A DNA stretch of 64,000 nucleotides from assembly GCA_036732725.1 (NCBI GenBank), contig DAINBV010000012.1, positions 13,524-77,523 of the forward strand, in the 5' to 3' direction. This DNA is from Geobacteraceae bacterium. Lineage in GTDB: Bacteria; Desulfobacterota; Desulfuromonadia; Geobacterales; Pseudopelobacteraceae. Below, in pieces: positions 9,449 through 20,103 of the stretch. Every line of letters begins with the position of its first letter. Position 1 is the stretch's first letter. Below the pieces are notes generated by a model. The model was given only the letters and a program-made list of their open reading frames with translations, ran no database searches and was not told the origin of the DNA. Made by a program: the position numbers and the translations under genes.

Positions 9449-10477
9449 TCAGAAGGTATTGATTCGATGGATAAAGGCAATCAGCAGCCCGTAATGGTGG
9501 TGATCAAAGATGAATGATATGCGGGGAAGCGCCAACAGATCCGGTTCGTCATACTCCTTGGGGAAGGCTTCACAGCTGATGATCCCTTCGCCATCGATCA
9601 TCAGCTCCGAAAACTCATCGCTCAGGATGGCTATCTGCTCGGAGGTCAGTTTTTTATTCAACCGGATCACCAGGCGGTTTTCGATAAAGCGGATCGAATG
9701 GTAGACACGATAAAAGGTATCAATCACGGCAACAGCTTCTTCAACACTGCGGGTGATGGTGAACAGGGAAAAATCCTCCCCGGAGATGAATCCTTTCACC
9801 AACAGACTCTTCTTGACGAACTGAAAGAAATGTTCCCAGTATCCCTCCTGATCATCAATCAGAATCAGCGGTTTGGGAGAGGTTTTTCCGGTCTGGACCA
9901 GGGTAAAGACCTCCATTGCTTCATCCAGCGTCCCGAAACCACCGGGAAAGACCGCCACCGCACTGGCTTCTTTCACAAAGGCAACCTTGCGATTGAAAAA
10001 GTATTTGTAGTTGATCAGCCGCGGATTGCGAAACATGATCGGGTTAGGCTTCTGCTCGAACGGCAGCCGGATATTGACAGCAAAGGAGTTGTCACTCCCC
10101 GCTCCTTCGTTCCCTGCCTGCATGATGCCGGGACCACCGCCGGTAATGATCATATATCCCCGCTCCGCCAGTTGATGGCTGAAATCGACACACTTCTGAT
10201 ACATCTCGTTACTCTGCTCGGTGCGCGCCGAACCGAAGATGGTCACCTTCTTGCGTCCGCGATAAGGACCGAAGACCCGGGCCGTAAAACGCATCTCACG
10301 CAGCGTGCTGTTAATCAGTTTCAAGTCTGCCAGATAGTCAACTTCCTGACCGATTTTCAGCGTTGCAAGCAGCATTTCGCGAACAATTTCAGGTTGTTTG
10401 ATATTACCGGTCGTTTCCATCAGCTGAGTTATCAGCTGGTCAACCTGTTTGTTGGCATGCGAAAAACTGATTTCCAT
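9449..10477 (-). CDS. LOG-family / TIGR00730 Rossmann-fold nucleotide-binding protein (PpnN-like, extended)
   Basis: GGGPGIMQAGNEGA and PGGFGTLDEAMEV motifs of the LOG family, flanked by N- and C-terminal extensions. Confidence 0.8.
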   Translation of the reverse strand: MEISFSHANKQVDQLITQLMETTGNIKQPEIVREMLLATLKIGQEVDYLADLKLINSTLREMRFTARVFGPYRGRKKVTIFGSARTEQSNEMYQKCVDFSHQLAERGYMIITGGGPGIMQAGNEGAGSDNSFAVNIRLPFEQKPNPIMFRNPRLINYKYFFNRKVAFVKEASAVAVFPGGFGTLDEAMEVFTLVQTGKTSPKPLILIDDQEGYWEHFFQFVKKSLLVKGFISGEDFSLFTITRSVEEAVAVIDTFYRVYHSIRFIENRLVIRLNKKLTSEQIAILSDEFSELMIDGEGIISCEAFPKEYDEPDLLALPRISFIFDHHHYGLLIAFIHRINTF

Positions 10478-10600
10478 GGTGGTACGCCTCGGGATGTTTG
10501 ATTGAGTTATGGAAAACTAGCACAGAGTATGCTTTCAATGCAATCAAAGTGACGGCGCACAGCTACAAGGGGAAGCGCCAAATCCACACCAAACAAGCGC

Positions 10601-10629
10601 TTGCAATCAACCGGGACGTATAGTAATAT
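10601..10629 (+). promoter_or_regulatory. Sigma-70-type promoter upstream of the ppiD-like gene
   Basis: TTGCAA (10601-10606), 17-nt spacer, TAATAT (10624-10629), about 40 nt upstream of ATG 10668. Confidence 0.4.
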
Positions 10630-10667
10630 TCGCAACTTCAAATTTCCGTTTAAGGAGTTTTCACGTC

Positions 10668-12257
10668 ATGCTGGACATCATGCGCAAGCAAAAGGATTCA
10701 ATTGTTATCAAAATCGTTTTTGTCGTGATCGTACTCTCATTCATCGGCACCATGTTTCTGGTGTGGGGTGAGGGACGGAGCGGAATGGGTGGTAACAAAT
10801 CCGCCTTTGCCGCCAAGGTTGACGGCCAGAAAATATCACTGGAGCAATACCAGAACTCCTATCAGCGGATTCGTTCCATGTACCAGCAGATTTACGGACA
10901 GTCGATCCCTGCTGACATGGAGAAGATGCTCAACCTCAAAAAGGTTGCCCTGGATGGGCTGATCGACAATCTGTTGATCGAAAAAGAAGCCAAAAAAATG
11001 GGGATTACGGTTTCCATGGATGAAGTTTCCAAATCGATCTCCGCCATGTCCATGTTCCAGAAAGACGGCGCCTTCAGCTTTGACATGTACCAGCAGCTGC
11101 TCAAAAGCAACCGCATGACTGCCAAGGACTTTGAAGAAGGGCAGAAAAGCGAATTGCTGCTCAAGAAAGCCCGCCAGAGTGTCAAGGACAAGGTACTCGT
11201 CAGCGATGAAGATGCCTTGGCCCAGTATAAAAAAGAACATGACAAGCTGAACCTGGAAGTCATCTCCTACACTCCCGCCAATGTTTTGCCGGAAGTCAAG
11301 CTGAGCGAAGCCGACCTGAACGACTATCTGCAGAAACATCAGGAAGAGTTCAAGACGCAGGTAAAAGTTGCCCTTTCCTATATCTTGGTCGATCCGGGAC
11401 AAAAAACCGGCGCCCTGGCGATCACGGAAGATGAAATCCAGACCTACTACCAGAAGAACATCGACAAGTTCCAGGGTAAAGACGGCATCCTGCCGCTCAA
11501 GGATGTGCATGACAAGGTGAAGAGTGATGCACTGCGTCAGAAAGCTGCCAAACAGAGCTTTGAGCTGGCGGCTGACACGCTCTACAAAAACATCAAATCC
11601 GGCGATCTCAGCCTGATTGCCAGGGAGCTGAAGCTCTCCGTCAATGACACCGCGCTCTTCAGTGCCGTTGCACCGGCAGCAGCACTGACCGGCGAAGCAG
11701 CGGTCGTCAAAAAGGCGTTGGAACTGAAGCAGGGGGAGCTGGGAGGACCGGTTGAAACGGCCAAAGGGATTTATATCCTGAAAGTCAAAGAGCGCAAGGA
11801 AGCTACCGTTCCTCCGCTGGCAGAGATCAAAGCAGCGGTCGAGCAACAGGCCAAAACCGCCAAGGCAGTCGAACTGGCCCAGAGCAAAGCTGAAGCAGCC
11901 GCCAAGCAGCTGGCAGGCAAAACAGCCGTAGCAACCCGCCTGACCGGCAGCTTCGTCTACAATGCCAAGGGAGATGTACCAACCATCGGCAGCAGCCCCG
12001 AACTGATGGAAGCAGCTTTGAAACTGACCGCTGCAGCTCCGGCAGCCGCCACCGCATTCAAGGTTGGCAGCAGCTGGTACGCTATCCGCCTGAAAGAACG
12101 GATTGAAGCGCCCAAGGCCGACTTTGACAAGAGCAAGGAAGAGTTGAAAAAAAGCATGCTCCCCAAGAAGCAGGACGAAGCGCTGGACAAATGGGTCAAG
12201 GAACTGCGCGCCAAAGCCAAGATCGAAATCAATCAGACGCTGATCGCCGACAAATAG
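10668..12257 (+). CDS. Periplasmic chaperone / peptidyl-prolyl isomerase PpiD-like (SurA N-terminal domain protein)
   Basis: N-terminal membrane anchor ([22 protein letters not shown]) and a SurA_N-like region. Also a parvulin-like segment ([22 protein letters not shown]). RBS AAGGAG. Confidence 0.75.
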   Translation: MLDIMRKQKDSIVIKIVFVVIVLSFIGTMFLVWGEGRSGMGGNKSAFAAKVDGQKISLEQYQNSYQRIRSMYQQIYGQSIPADMEKMLNLKKVALDGLIDNLLIEKEAKKMGITVSMDEVSKSISAMSMFQKDGAFSFDMYQQLLKSNRMTAKDFEEGQKSELLLKKARQSVKDKVLVSDEDALAQYKKEHDKLNLEVISYTPANVLPEVKLSEADLNDYLQKHQEEFKTQVKVALSYILVDPGQKTGALAITEDEIQTYYQKNIDKFQGKDGILPLKDVHDKVKSDALRQKAAKQSFELAADTLYKNIKSGDLSLIARELKLSVNDTALFSAVAPAAALTGEAAVVKKALELKQGELGGPVETAKGIYILKVKERKEATVPPLAEIKAAVEQQAKTAKAVELAQSKAEAAAKQLAGKTAVATRLTGSFVYNAKGDVPTIGSSPELMEAALKLTAAAPAAATAFKVGSSWYAIRLKERIEAPKADFDKSKEELKKSMLPKKQDEALDKWVKELRAKAKIEINQTLIADK

Positions 12258-12273
12258 AAAGAGGAGAAACAAC

Positions 12274-13164
12274 ATGTCACAACTCGTCAAAGAGACCGAA
12301 TTTCCTGGTTTGAACCTGATCGCCCGCGGTAAAGTGCGCGACATTTACGACCTGGGCGACACGCTGTTGATGGTGACCTCCGACCGTATGTCCGCCTTTG
12401 ACGTTATCATGAACGAACCAATCCCCGACAAAGGGTACGTTCTGACCCAGATTTCGATCTACTGGTTCAAGCAGATGGAAGATATTGTTAAAAACCACAT
12501 CATCTCCACCGACGTGGCCGACTATCCAGCCGTGTGCCAGCCGTATGCCGAAACCCTCAAAGGCCGCTCCATGTGGGTAAAAAAGGCCAAGCCGCTCCCG
12601 GTTGAATGCATCGTACGCGGCTATGTATCCGGTTCTGGCTGGAAAGACTATCAGGCCACCGGCTCGATCTGCGGCATACAACTCCCGCTAGGCTTGAAAG
12701 AATCGGACCGGCTTCCCGAACCGATCTTCACCCCATCCACCAAGGCAGAGCTGGGAACCCATGACGAGAATGTATCTTTTGACGTGATGGTGGAAATGTG
12801 CGGGCAAGAGCTGGCAGAACAAGCACGGGACTACACCCTCAAAATCTACAGCCGTGCCCGTGATCTGGCTGCAGAAAAGGGAATCATCATTGCCGATACA
12901 AAATTTGAATTCGGCGTGTACGATGGCGAACTGATCATCATCGACGAATGCATGACCCCCGATTCCAGCCGTTTCTGGCCAAAGGAGCTGTACCAGCCCG
13001 GTGGACAGCAGCCGAGCTTTGACAAACAATTTCTGCGGGACTACCTGGAAACCCTCGACTGGGGAAAAACGGCGCCGGCGCCGCCACTCCCGGCTGAAAT
13101 TCTTGAAAAGACCGCCCAGAAATACCGTGAAGCGCTCAAGCTGATCGCCGGTATTACGGTCTAA
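12274..13164 (+). CDS. purC: Phosphoribosylaminoimidazole-succinocarboxamide (SAICAR) synthase
   Basis: GKVRDIYD...[21 protein letters not shown] and PDSSRFW motifs. RBS AGAGGAG. Confidence 0.95.
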   Translation: MSQLVKETEFPGLNLIARGKVRDIYDLGDTLLMVTSDRMSAFDVIMNEPIPDKGYVLTQISIYWFKQMEDIVKNHIISTDVADYPAVCQPYAETLKGRSMWVKKAKPLPVECIVRGYVSGSGWKDYQATGSICGIQLPLGLKESDRLPEPIFTPSTKAELGTHDENVSFDVMVEMCGQELAEQARDYTLKIYSRARDLAAEKGIIIADTKFEFGVYDGELIIIDECMTPDSSRFWPKELYQPGGQQPSFDKQFLRDYLETLDWGKTAPAPPLPAEILEKTAQKYREALKLIAGITV

Positions 13165-13191
13165 TCCGGCACTCCTTGCTTCCAATCAACC

Positions 13192-13221
13192 AAAGGCAGG
13201 CTTCACAGCCTGCCTTTTTTA
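13192..13221 (+). terminator. Rho-independent terminator after purC
   Basis: GGCAGGCT-TCAC-AGCCTGCC hairpin (13195-13214) followed by TTTTTT. Confidence 0.7.
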
Positions 13222-13309
13222 TGAAAATTTTACTCCGCCTCTGGAAGATTTAGAAAATTGGGGTATACTTATGCACATTATACCCCCGACACACAAAGGA
13301 GTAACAACA

Positions 13310-13489
13310 ATGAAAATGGAAGAGATTAAAACCATCGCCAAACAACACGACATCAAACCGGGTAAAATGAAGAAAGGGGAGCTGGTACGGGCAATTCAGG
13401 AAGCTGAAGCCAACACCCCCTGTTTTGACACCGCTCAGGCTGGCAGCTGCGACCAGCAGAGCTGCCTCTGGCGGGAGGATTGCGCATAG
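13310..13489 (+). CDS. Small SAP / Rho_N-like helix-extended-helix protein with C-terminal 4-Cys cluster
   Basis: MKMEEIKTIAKQHDIKPGKMKKGELVRAIQEAE resembles SAP/Rho-N modules. C-terminus is CFDTAQAGSCDQQSCLWREDC. RBS AAAGGAG precedes ATG 13310, which I prefer to the track start at 13271. Confidence 0.5.
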   Translation: MKMEEIKTIAKQHDIKPGKMKKGELVRAIQEAEANTPCFDTAQAGSCDQQSCLWREDCA

Positions 13490-13500
13490 CAGCACCATTC

Positions 13501-15735
13501 ATGTCCGAGACTCGCAATATTATTGAAGTTGTCATGCCGCTCCACCTGGAGCGTACATTTCACTACCTGGTGCCGCCGGCACTCACAACGGCGGCACTAC
13601 CAGGATGTCGTGTCCTGGTACCATTCCGACACCGCACCCTGACCGCATATATTCTGGCAATTATCCCCAGCTCACCCCACGAAAAGCTCAAACCAATCAT
13701 CTCCGTGCTGGATGACACCCCGCTCTGGACTGAAGGTGAGCTTGAGTTTTTCCGCTGGGTCGCTTCCTATTACCTTCACCCGCTGGGAGATGTGATTAAA
13801 ACAGCCCTTCCGGCCGGTATCAACCTCCAGTCACAAAAAACAAGTGTTGATAACAGCAGTTTGACCGGTGGGAAAAAAATCAAATATGAATCGTTCTACC
13901 TGGCAGTTGCCGGCAGCGAACCATCTCGCAACCCAGGGAGCAAGAGTTCCGAGATTCTGGCACTTATCCGGGAGAATCAGGAGTTGCCGGCCTCTGACCT
14001 GCGCCGGCGCTTCGGACAGTGCAGCCAGCAACTCAAGCGCCTGGTGGAACTGGGGGTGATCCGCCGGGAAGAACGGGAAACCTATCGTGACCCGTTTGCC
14101 AACCAGAGCGTCACCTCAGACCTCCCCCGGCAGCTCAATCAGCATCAGGAAGCAGCCCGGGTCACTTTTTGTGCTGCGGTGGATAGTGGCAGGTACGCCC
14201 CGTTTTTGCTACACGGCGTCACTGGCAGCGGCAAGACCGAAGTCTACCTGCAAACCATTGCCCATGCACTTGAGCTAGGCGGCAACGCCCTGGTGCTGGT
14301 ACCCGAGATATCCCTGACCCCGCAACTGGTGGGACGATTTCGCGCCCGTTTCAGGGATGGCATCGCTGTTCTGCACAGCGGATTGTCCGATGGTGAACGC
14401 TACGATGAATGGCGGCGCATCCGGCGCGGTCAAGTGCGGATCGTGATCGGCGCCCGTTCGGCGATCTTTGCGCCGCTTCAAAAAATCAGCATTATCGTGG
14501 TGGACGAAGAACACGAGGCTTCATTTAAACAGTCGGAGGGACTGCGCTACAACGCCCGCGACCTGGCGCTGGTACGGGGTAAAATGGAAGGTGCGGTGGT
14601 ACTGCTCGGCTCTGCCACCCCCCAGATCACCACGCTCCATGCGGTAGAGCAGGGGCGGATGGCGCTGGCTTCACTACCGTCCCGCGTGGAAGACCGCCCC
14701 TTGCCGACCGTCCAGACGGTAGTCATCAAAGGCAATAGCGCCCCGCTCTCGCCATTACTGCTGACTGCCCTGGAACAGACCGTTGCCAATGGCGAGCAGG
14801 CGCTGGTATTTCTCAACCGGCGCGGCTTTGCCACAACGCTGGTGTGTGGCGAGTGCGGCACGCCGCTCTCCTGCCCCAACTGTTCAGTCACCCTGACCTA
14901 CCATCGCCAGCGACGGCAAAGCCTCTGCCATTATTGCGATTATGCGGTTCCGGCTCCCTGCATCTGCCCGGCCTGCAGTTCCCCGCAGATGGATGAGGCA
15001 GGAACCGGCACGGAGCGGGTGGAGCATGAATTGCGGGAACATCTGCCAACCGCCCGGATTATCCGCATGGACAGCGACACCACCTCCGGCAAGGGAGGTC
15101 TCAACCGCCTGTTGGATCGCATGAATGACCGCTCCGCAGATATTCTGATCGGAACCCAGATGATCACCAAGGGACACGATTTCCCCGGCGTGACGCTGGT
15201 GGGAGTACTGGACGCCGAGGCAAGTCTCAACTTGCCTGATTTCCGTAGCGCCGAACGGACATTCCAGATTTTACGGCAAGTGTTCGGGAGAGCCGGACGT
15301 GGAACGCAGCCGGGGCGGGTAATTGTGCAAACCCGCAACCCAGATCACTATGCGGTGGCCTGCGCCATCGCGGGAGACAGTAACGGGTTTTACCAACAGG
15401 AAATCGCCTATCGCCAGGAAGCCGGCTACCCTCCCTATGCCCACCTGGCAACACTCTCGCTTAACGGCAATTCAGAAACAGCAGTAGAGCAACGCTCCGA
15501 AGCAACGGCCCACCATCTGCGCCGGATCAAAAGCGAGCTCGGATTGCGAATCGAGATCCTGGGACCAGCCCCTGCTCCACTCTACCGTCTGCGTGGCCGC
15601 TATCGCCGCCAGATACTGCTGAAATCACCAACACGCAACGACCTGCGACGTCTGCTGAATATGTGGTATCAGCAACGGGAGACGGGGAGCAGCGTGCGTG
15701 AGCAGGTGGATATTGATCCGGTTGACATGATGTAA
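13501..15735 (+). CDS. priA: Primosomal replication-restart helicase PriA
   Basis: Walker A GVTGSGKTEVY, DEEH box (VVDEEHE), Cys-rich zinc region CGECGTPLSCPNCSVTLTYH...CHYCDY...CPAC. Start uncertain (ATG 13501 or TTG 13480). Confidence 0.9.
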   Translation: MSETRNIIEVVMPLHLERTFHYLVPPALTTAALPGCRVLVPFRHRTLTAYILAIIPSSPHEKLKPIISVLDDTPLWTEGELEFFRWVASYYLHPLGDVIKTALPAGINLQSQKTSVDNSSLTGGKKIKYESFYLAVAGSEPSRNPGSKSSEILALIRENQELPASDLRRRFGQCSQQLKRLVELGVIRREERETYRDPFANQSVTSDLPRQLNQHQEAARVTFCAAVDSGRYAPFLLHGVTGSGKTEVYLQTIAHALELGGNALVLVPEISLTPQLVGRFRARFRDGIAVLHSGLSDGERYDEWRRIRRGQVRIVIGARSAIFAPLQKISIIVVDEEHEASFKQSEGLRYNARDLALVRGKMEGAVVLLGSATPQITTLHAVEQGRMALASLPSRVEDRPLPTVQTVVIKGNSAPLSPLLLTALEQTVANGEQALVFLNRRGFATTLVCGECGTPLSCPNCSVTLTYHRQRRQSLCHYCDYAVPAPCICPACSSPQMDEAGTGTERVEHELREHLPTARIIRMDSDTTSGKGGLNRLLDRMNDRSADILIGTQMITKGHDFPGVTLVGVLDAEASLNLPDFRSAERTFQILRQVFGRAGRGTQPGRVIVQTRNPDHYAVACAIAGDSNGFYQQEIAYRQEAGYPPYAHLATLSLNGNSETAVEQRSEATAHHLRRIKSELGLRIEILGPAPAPLYRLRGRYRRQILLKSPTRNDLRRLLNMWYQQRETGSSVREQVDIDPVDMM

Positions 15736-15846
15736 CTTTATGGCAAACTCACAACTAAAGTTTGATACGACGATACACATGGCATTCATGCCCCCTCACG
15801 GACAACGCCGGCAGCAGCCGGGTCAACCCTACAGGTACACTACTCA

Positions 15847-16977
15847 ATGACACAATCCTGCACCATTCTCTACGTTGAAGACGACCCGGCAACCCGCAGC
15901 CTGGTCGAACATTCACTGGCCACTCTGCCAGGTTATCGGGTCGTGACCGCCGAAAACGGGGTCAAAGGGTTGGAAGCGTTTCGCAATCAGCAGTTTGATA
16001 TTGTTTTGACGGATATTTTCATGCCCAAGATGAACGGCCTGGAAATGGCGCGCGCCATCCGCGAGTTGGCGCCCGAATGTCAAATCATTGTCATGACCGC
16101 CTTCAGTGACAACCGTTACCTGATGGATGCCATCGATATCGGCATCAATCAGTTTGTGCTGAAACCGATCGAACGTGAAAAACTACTCAAGACCCTGGAT
16201 CGTTGCTGCAGTACGATCCAAATCAGGCGACAACTGCAAGCGCAGGAGGCCGAACTGCGCCAATCGAAAAAAATGGAATCAATCGGTATTCTTGCCGGTG
16301 GCATGGCACATGATTTCAACAACCTGTTGCAGGTTATCCTCGGCTATGTTTCGCTGGCCTTGCAAAATGTGGAACCGGGGAGCAAGGTCTACGAGATGCT
16401 TGCCATTGCGGAGCGCAGCTCGGGCGAAGCACGCAAACTGAGCCAGCGCCTGCTTTCACTTGCCCGTGGCAGCATGTCAATCATGCATGTAACCCCGATT
16501 GTTCCGCTGGTGCATGATTGCGTCCTGAAGATTCCCGATGCGCCGGATATAACGGTCAACTTCACCGCCACCAGCGAGTCATTACCGGTTTTACTGGATG
16601 CCGAGCTGATCCATCAACTGGTAACCAATGTTTTAACCAATGCCCGAGAAGCATTGCCGGAGAGCGGCGGAACTATCACCATCAATGTAGAATTGTTCCC
16701 GGTGACAGCCGGTTCCAACCTGTCACTCCCCGAAGGAAACTACGCCCGCATAACGATCACAGATACGGGGTGCGGTATTCCGGCTGACCTGCTGGCAGAT
16801 GTATTTGATCCCTATGTGACCACCAAGGAAATGGGGAGCATCAAGGGAGTCGGCCTGGGACTGACCATCTGCCATGCCATTATCCGCAAGCATAAAGGCG
16901 TGATCATGATCGAATCCCCCTCCACCGGCGGCACAGCGGTACAGCTGCTGCTCCCGCTGGCAGAAACGACCGCCTGA
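15847..16977 (+). CDS. Response-regulator receiver fused to histidine kinase (REC-HisKA-HATPase, no obvious sensor domain)
   Basis: REC: ILYVEDDP...DIVLTDIFMPKMNG. H-box: GMAHDFNNLLQVI. HATPase N/G boxes: NAREA, DTGCGI, GVGLGL. Confidence 0.85.
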   Translation: MTQSCTILYVEDDPATRSLVEHSLATLPGYRVVTAENGVKGLEAFRNQQFDIVLTDIFMPKMNGLEMARAIRELAPECQIIVMTAFSDNRYLMDAIDIGINQFVLKPIEREKLLKTLDRCCSTIQIRRQLQAQEAELRQSKKMESIGILAGGMAHDFNNLLQVILGYVSLALQNVEPGSKVYEMLAIAERSSGEARKLSQRLLSLARGSMSIMHVTPIVPLVHDCVLKIPDAPDITVNFTATSESLPVLLDAELIHQLVTNVLTNAREALPESGGTITINVELFPVTAGSNLSLPEGNYARITITDTGCGIPADLLADVFDPYVTTKEMGSIKGVGLGLTICHAIIRKHKGVIMIESPSTGGTAVQLLLPLAETTA

Positions 16978-16980
16978 CCT

Positions 16981-18774
16981 ATGCATCACGGTGGTATCTA
17001 CGCAGAAGAAATAACCGGAAAAGTGTACGATACGCGGCTGCTACTCAGATTTGCCCGCTATGTCCGTCCCTATGGCAGGTCAGTGATGTTGGTACTGCTG
17101 ATCCTTCCGCTGGTGGCGGCATGTCGTTTGGCCCACCCCTACATCATCAAACTCGCCATTGACAGCCATATTATCCCCGGCAAGCTGGCCGGCCTGGAAA
17201 CCATCGCACTCCTGTTTATCGGCATTCTCCTGACCGAATCTCTGTTGTCATTTGTGGAAGTGTATTTGCTGCAATCGGTGGGACAGCAGGTCATGGCTGA
17301 TATGCGCATCGAATTGTTTGATCATGTCGAACATTTGCCGGTGGCATGGTTTGATCGTGTACCGACCGGAAGCGCCGTCACCCGACTGACCAGCGATGTG
17401 GAAGTGGTGGGAGAACTGTTCGCATCCGGCATCATCACGATCGTAGGTGATATCCTGTTGCTGATCGGGATCGTGTCGGTCATGCTCTGGATGAACCCTA
17501 AACTGTCGTTGGTAACATTTTCGGTGCTCCCCATACTCGCCTATGTCACCTACACCTTTCGCCGGCGGATGAGACAATCGTTTCGCGAGGTACGCGCCCG
17601 GCTCGGCAGCCTCAACTCGTTTCTGGCGGAAAGCATCGGTGGCATCAGTATCATCCAGAGCTTCAACCGGGAACGGGACGAAGAACGACGATTCCAGGAG
17701 CTGAACGCCTCCTACCGTGATGCCAACATGCCGGTTATTTTCTGGGATGCCTCGTTGTATGCCCTGGTGGAGGCGCTCTCCTCACTGGCCATTGCCCTGA
17801 TAATCTGGTACGGCGGTGGTCAGATCGTCCAGGGAACCTTGACCTTCGGGGTACTGGTGGCATTTATCCAGTACATCGAAAAGTTTTTCACACCAATCCG
17901 TGACCTGTCAGCCAAGTATTCGGTAATGCAAGGGGCAATGGCTGCCTTGGAACGGATTTTTGCGCTACTGGACACTGACCGGGAAGACAAGCGGGAACCG
18001 GCTCTGGAGAGCGGCGTTCAACTCCCGGCAACTGATGCGCAGCAATCATCCCCCCTGGTTCCGCTGATCGAATTCCGCGACGTGACCTTTTCCTACCGCC
18101 AGGATGAATTGGCACTGGAACAGTTCAATCTGACCATACAACGGGGGGAACGGGTGGCACTGGTGGGAGAAAGCGGGGGTGGCAAGACTACCGTCACACG
18201 CCTGCTGACCCGCTTGTACGATGTACAACAGGGGGATGTGCTGTTGGATGGCATATCGATCCGCAATCTGTCGCACCAGCAGTTGCGTCGCCGGATCGGA
18301 GTTGTCCTCCAGGATCCGTGTCTGTTTGCCGGCAGCATCGAATTCAACATCTCCCTGGGAGACGAAGAAACGCGCCAACGGGTTCAAGAGGCGGCAGCCG
18401 TGGTGGGAGCTGATCGTTTTATCGAGCGCTTGCCGAACGGTTACCAGGAGGAAATACGGGAGCGGGGCAACAACCTCTCCTCGGGAGAAAAGCAGTTGAT
18501 TTCTTTTGCCCGGGCAGTTGCTTTTCAGCCGGAGATACTGGTGCTTGACGAAGCAACCGCCAGTGTCGATTCAGCGTCCGAGCAGATGATTCAGGAGGGG
18601 ATGAAAGCATTGATGCGGGGACGAACCACACTGGTTGTGGCGCATCGTCTCTCGACGATTGTGGACGCCGACCGGATTGTGGTGATCCATCGTGGCAGGA
18701 TTGTGGAACAAGGTACCCATGATCAGCTGTTGCAATTGCGTGGGGGCTATTTCCGCATGCACGAACTGCAGTAG
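16981..18774 (+). CDS. ABC transporter, fused permease/ATPase (MsbA/multidrug-exporter type)
   Basis: Six-TM N-terminal half. Walker A GESGGGKTT, signature LSSGEKQ, Walker B ILVLDEATS. Confidence 0.9.
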   Translation: MHHGGIYAEEITGKVYDTRLLLRFARYVRPYGRSVMLVLLILPLVAACRLAHPYIIKLAIDSHIIPGKLAGLETIALLFIGILLTESLLSFVEVYLLQSVGQQVMADMRIELFDHVEHLPVAWFDRVPTGSAVTRLTSDVEVVGELFASGIITIVGDILLLIGIVSVMLWMNPKLSLVTFSVLPILAYVTYTFRRRMRQSFREVRARLGSLNSFLAESIGGISIIQSFNRERDEERRFQELNASYRDANMPVIFWDASLYALVEALSSLAIALIIWYGGGQIVQGTLTFGVLVAFIQYIEKFFTPIRDLSAKYSVMQGAMAALERIFALLDTDREDKREPALESGVQLPATDAQQSSPLVPLIEFRDVTFSYRQDELALEQFNLTIQRGERVALVGESGGGKTTVTRLLTRLYDVQQGDVLLDGISIRNLSHQQLRRRIGVVLQDPCLFAGSIEFNISLGDEETRQRVQEAAAVVGADRFIERLPNGYQEEIRERGNNLSSGEKQLISFARAVAFQPEILVLDEATASVDSASEQMIQEGMKALMRGRTTLVVAHRLSTIVDADRIVVIHRGRIVEQGTHDQLLQLRGGYFRMHELQ

Positions 18775-18786
18775 AGTGTCAGCACC

Positions 18787-19584
18787 TTACTTTTTATTCT
18801 CCGGCCAGTAGCTGCCGCCAACCAGGGTAGCGGTAATACTGCCGATCTTCACCTTCGATTTCATCTGTACCGGTATCCGCCGGTCATCGTCGGTCAGCCA
18901 GATGTGCATCTCCCCGGTACGGGCAAAAATCCCCTCTGATTTCAAAAGCGGCTTGATGACAATGGTTTTGAAGGTACCGAGCGCCGTGGTAATCGTTTCA
19001 CGCCGCAAAACCTGCACTTCCGTATTCCACAGTTTTTTACAGTCAAAGATGTCGATGAACGTCGAGCTACCGACCTGGAGCGGTACGGTACGGAAATAGA
19101 AGAAACTGGAGAGGGTATCATAGGTGCGGTGGGTGATCTTGTGGCTGGTTTCGGTCTTTTTGAGGTAATCCTTGGTGGTAACCGACAACAGTTCACGGTC
19201 AAACAGTGCATCCTTGTGAAAGCGGGTCCACCCTTCGCGGATTTTTTCGCGATACAGGCGGGGAACACCGATATACTGGGAGGGAATCCCCTTGATCAGA
19301 ACCGATTCGATCCGGTCGTCCACCGGGTAGAAAAACTTCAGCCAGTCAGCGGAGCGGGCCGTGGAAACGATGTGAATCTCATCACCGTTCTGTGATACTT
19401 CCTGCACGGCACGACCAGCCGGAATACCGGTATAGCTGATTTCAAACTCCAGACGTTCCGGAACCGGGAACGCCTGGAGTTCAGGGCAGTATGAAATCAG
19501 AATCAGGATCAGGATCGTCAGCTTCATCAACACCGTTGCCTGTCGCTTCAATCCCGGCTTGATATCCGATTCATGAGCAGCCAC
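18787..19584 (-). CDS. DUF3108-like secreted/periplasmic protein
   Basis: Signal-like MKLTILILILISYC. Beta-rich, with C-terminal IWLTDDDRRIPVQMKSKVKIGSITATLV resembling DUF3108. Start uncertain (GTG 19584 or ATG 19527). Confidence 0.55.
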   Translation of the reverse strand: MAAHESDIKPGLKRQATVLMKLTILILILISYCPELQAFPVPERLEFEISYTGIPAGRAVQEVSQNGDEIHIVSTARSADWLKFFYPVDDRIESVLIKGIPSQYIGVPRLYREKIREGWTRFHKDALFDRELLSVTTKDYLKKTETSHKITHRTYDTLSSFFYFRTVPLQVGSSTFIDIFDCKKLWNTEVQVLRRETITTALGTFKTIVIKPLLKSEGIFARTGEMHIWLTDDDRRIPVQMKSKVKIGSITATLVGGSYWPENKK

Positions 19585-19586
19585 GC

Positions 19587-19961
19587 TTAGGCTTGTCCTG
19601 CCGGTGGATTGTTTTCAAAGGCAGCGTGAGCTTTCTGCAACTCTTCTACTTCACGTAGTTTTTCTCCCATCCAGGCATGAAACACACGGGCGTTTTCATA
19701 GCTCATGACCACACCGGTATCAACATAACGAACCATGCTGGCGGCAAGATCTTCCGGTTCAACTTCGGTTTCTTTCCCGACCGTACCTTCGGGGGTGATT
19801 TCATGGGTTATGGATTCAGGAAGCGGCTGACGCTCAAGGTAAAAATTGATTACCATTTCACCACGCGGCGAGAACCCACCCTGCGCACCGTTGGCATAGC
19901 TCGGGTTGTAGCCATAGTTGAAGATATACTTGAATTTTAATTCCGGTTTACGCTGACTCAT
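19587..19961 (-). CDS. Hypothetical protein (124 aa; possibly DUF3467-like)
   Basis: ATG 19961 is preceded by AAGGAG, and the stop lies 2 nt from the DUF3108-like start. No catalytic motif recognised. Confidence 0.45.
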   Translation of the reverse strand: MSQRKPELKFKYIFNYGYNPSYANGAQGGFSPRGEMVINFYLERQPLPESITHEITPEGTVGKETEVEPEDLAASMVRYVDTGVVMSYENARVFHAWMGEKLREVEELQKAHAAFENNPPAGQA

Positions 19962-20103
19962 ACAAAAGCTCCTTTTTTGATTGATAAAACCTGCCCTCTT
20001 TCTTATCACAGCTTCGTTACCGGATAAAATAAAATCTTGCAAAAATATTGCGCCAGACCTATAAGAGACTGATATAGTCTTTTATAAAATCAGGAGTTTG
20101 ACA

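Noticed and set aside
9698-10501. 267-aa plus-strand ORF
   Set aside because: It is antisense to the LOG-family gene, which carries the family motifs.
10836-12344. 502-aa ORF on the minus strand
   Set aside because: It is antisense to the ppiD-like gene and the start of purC. The translation is low-complexity and Phe/Leu/Gln-rich, with no RBS or motifs.
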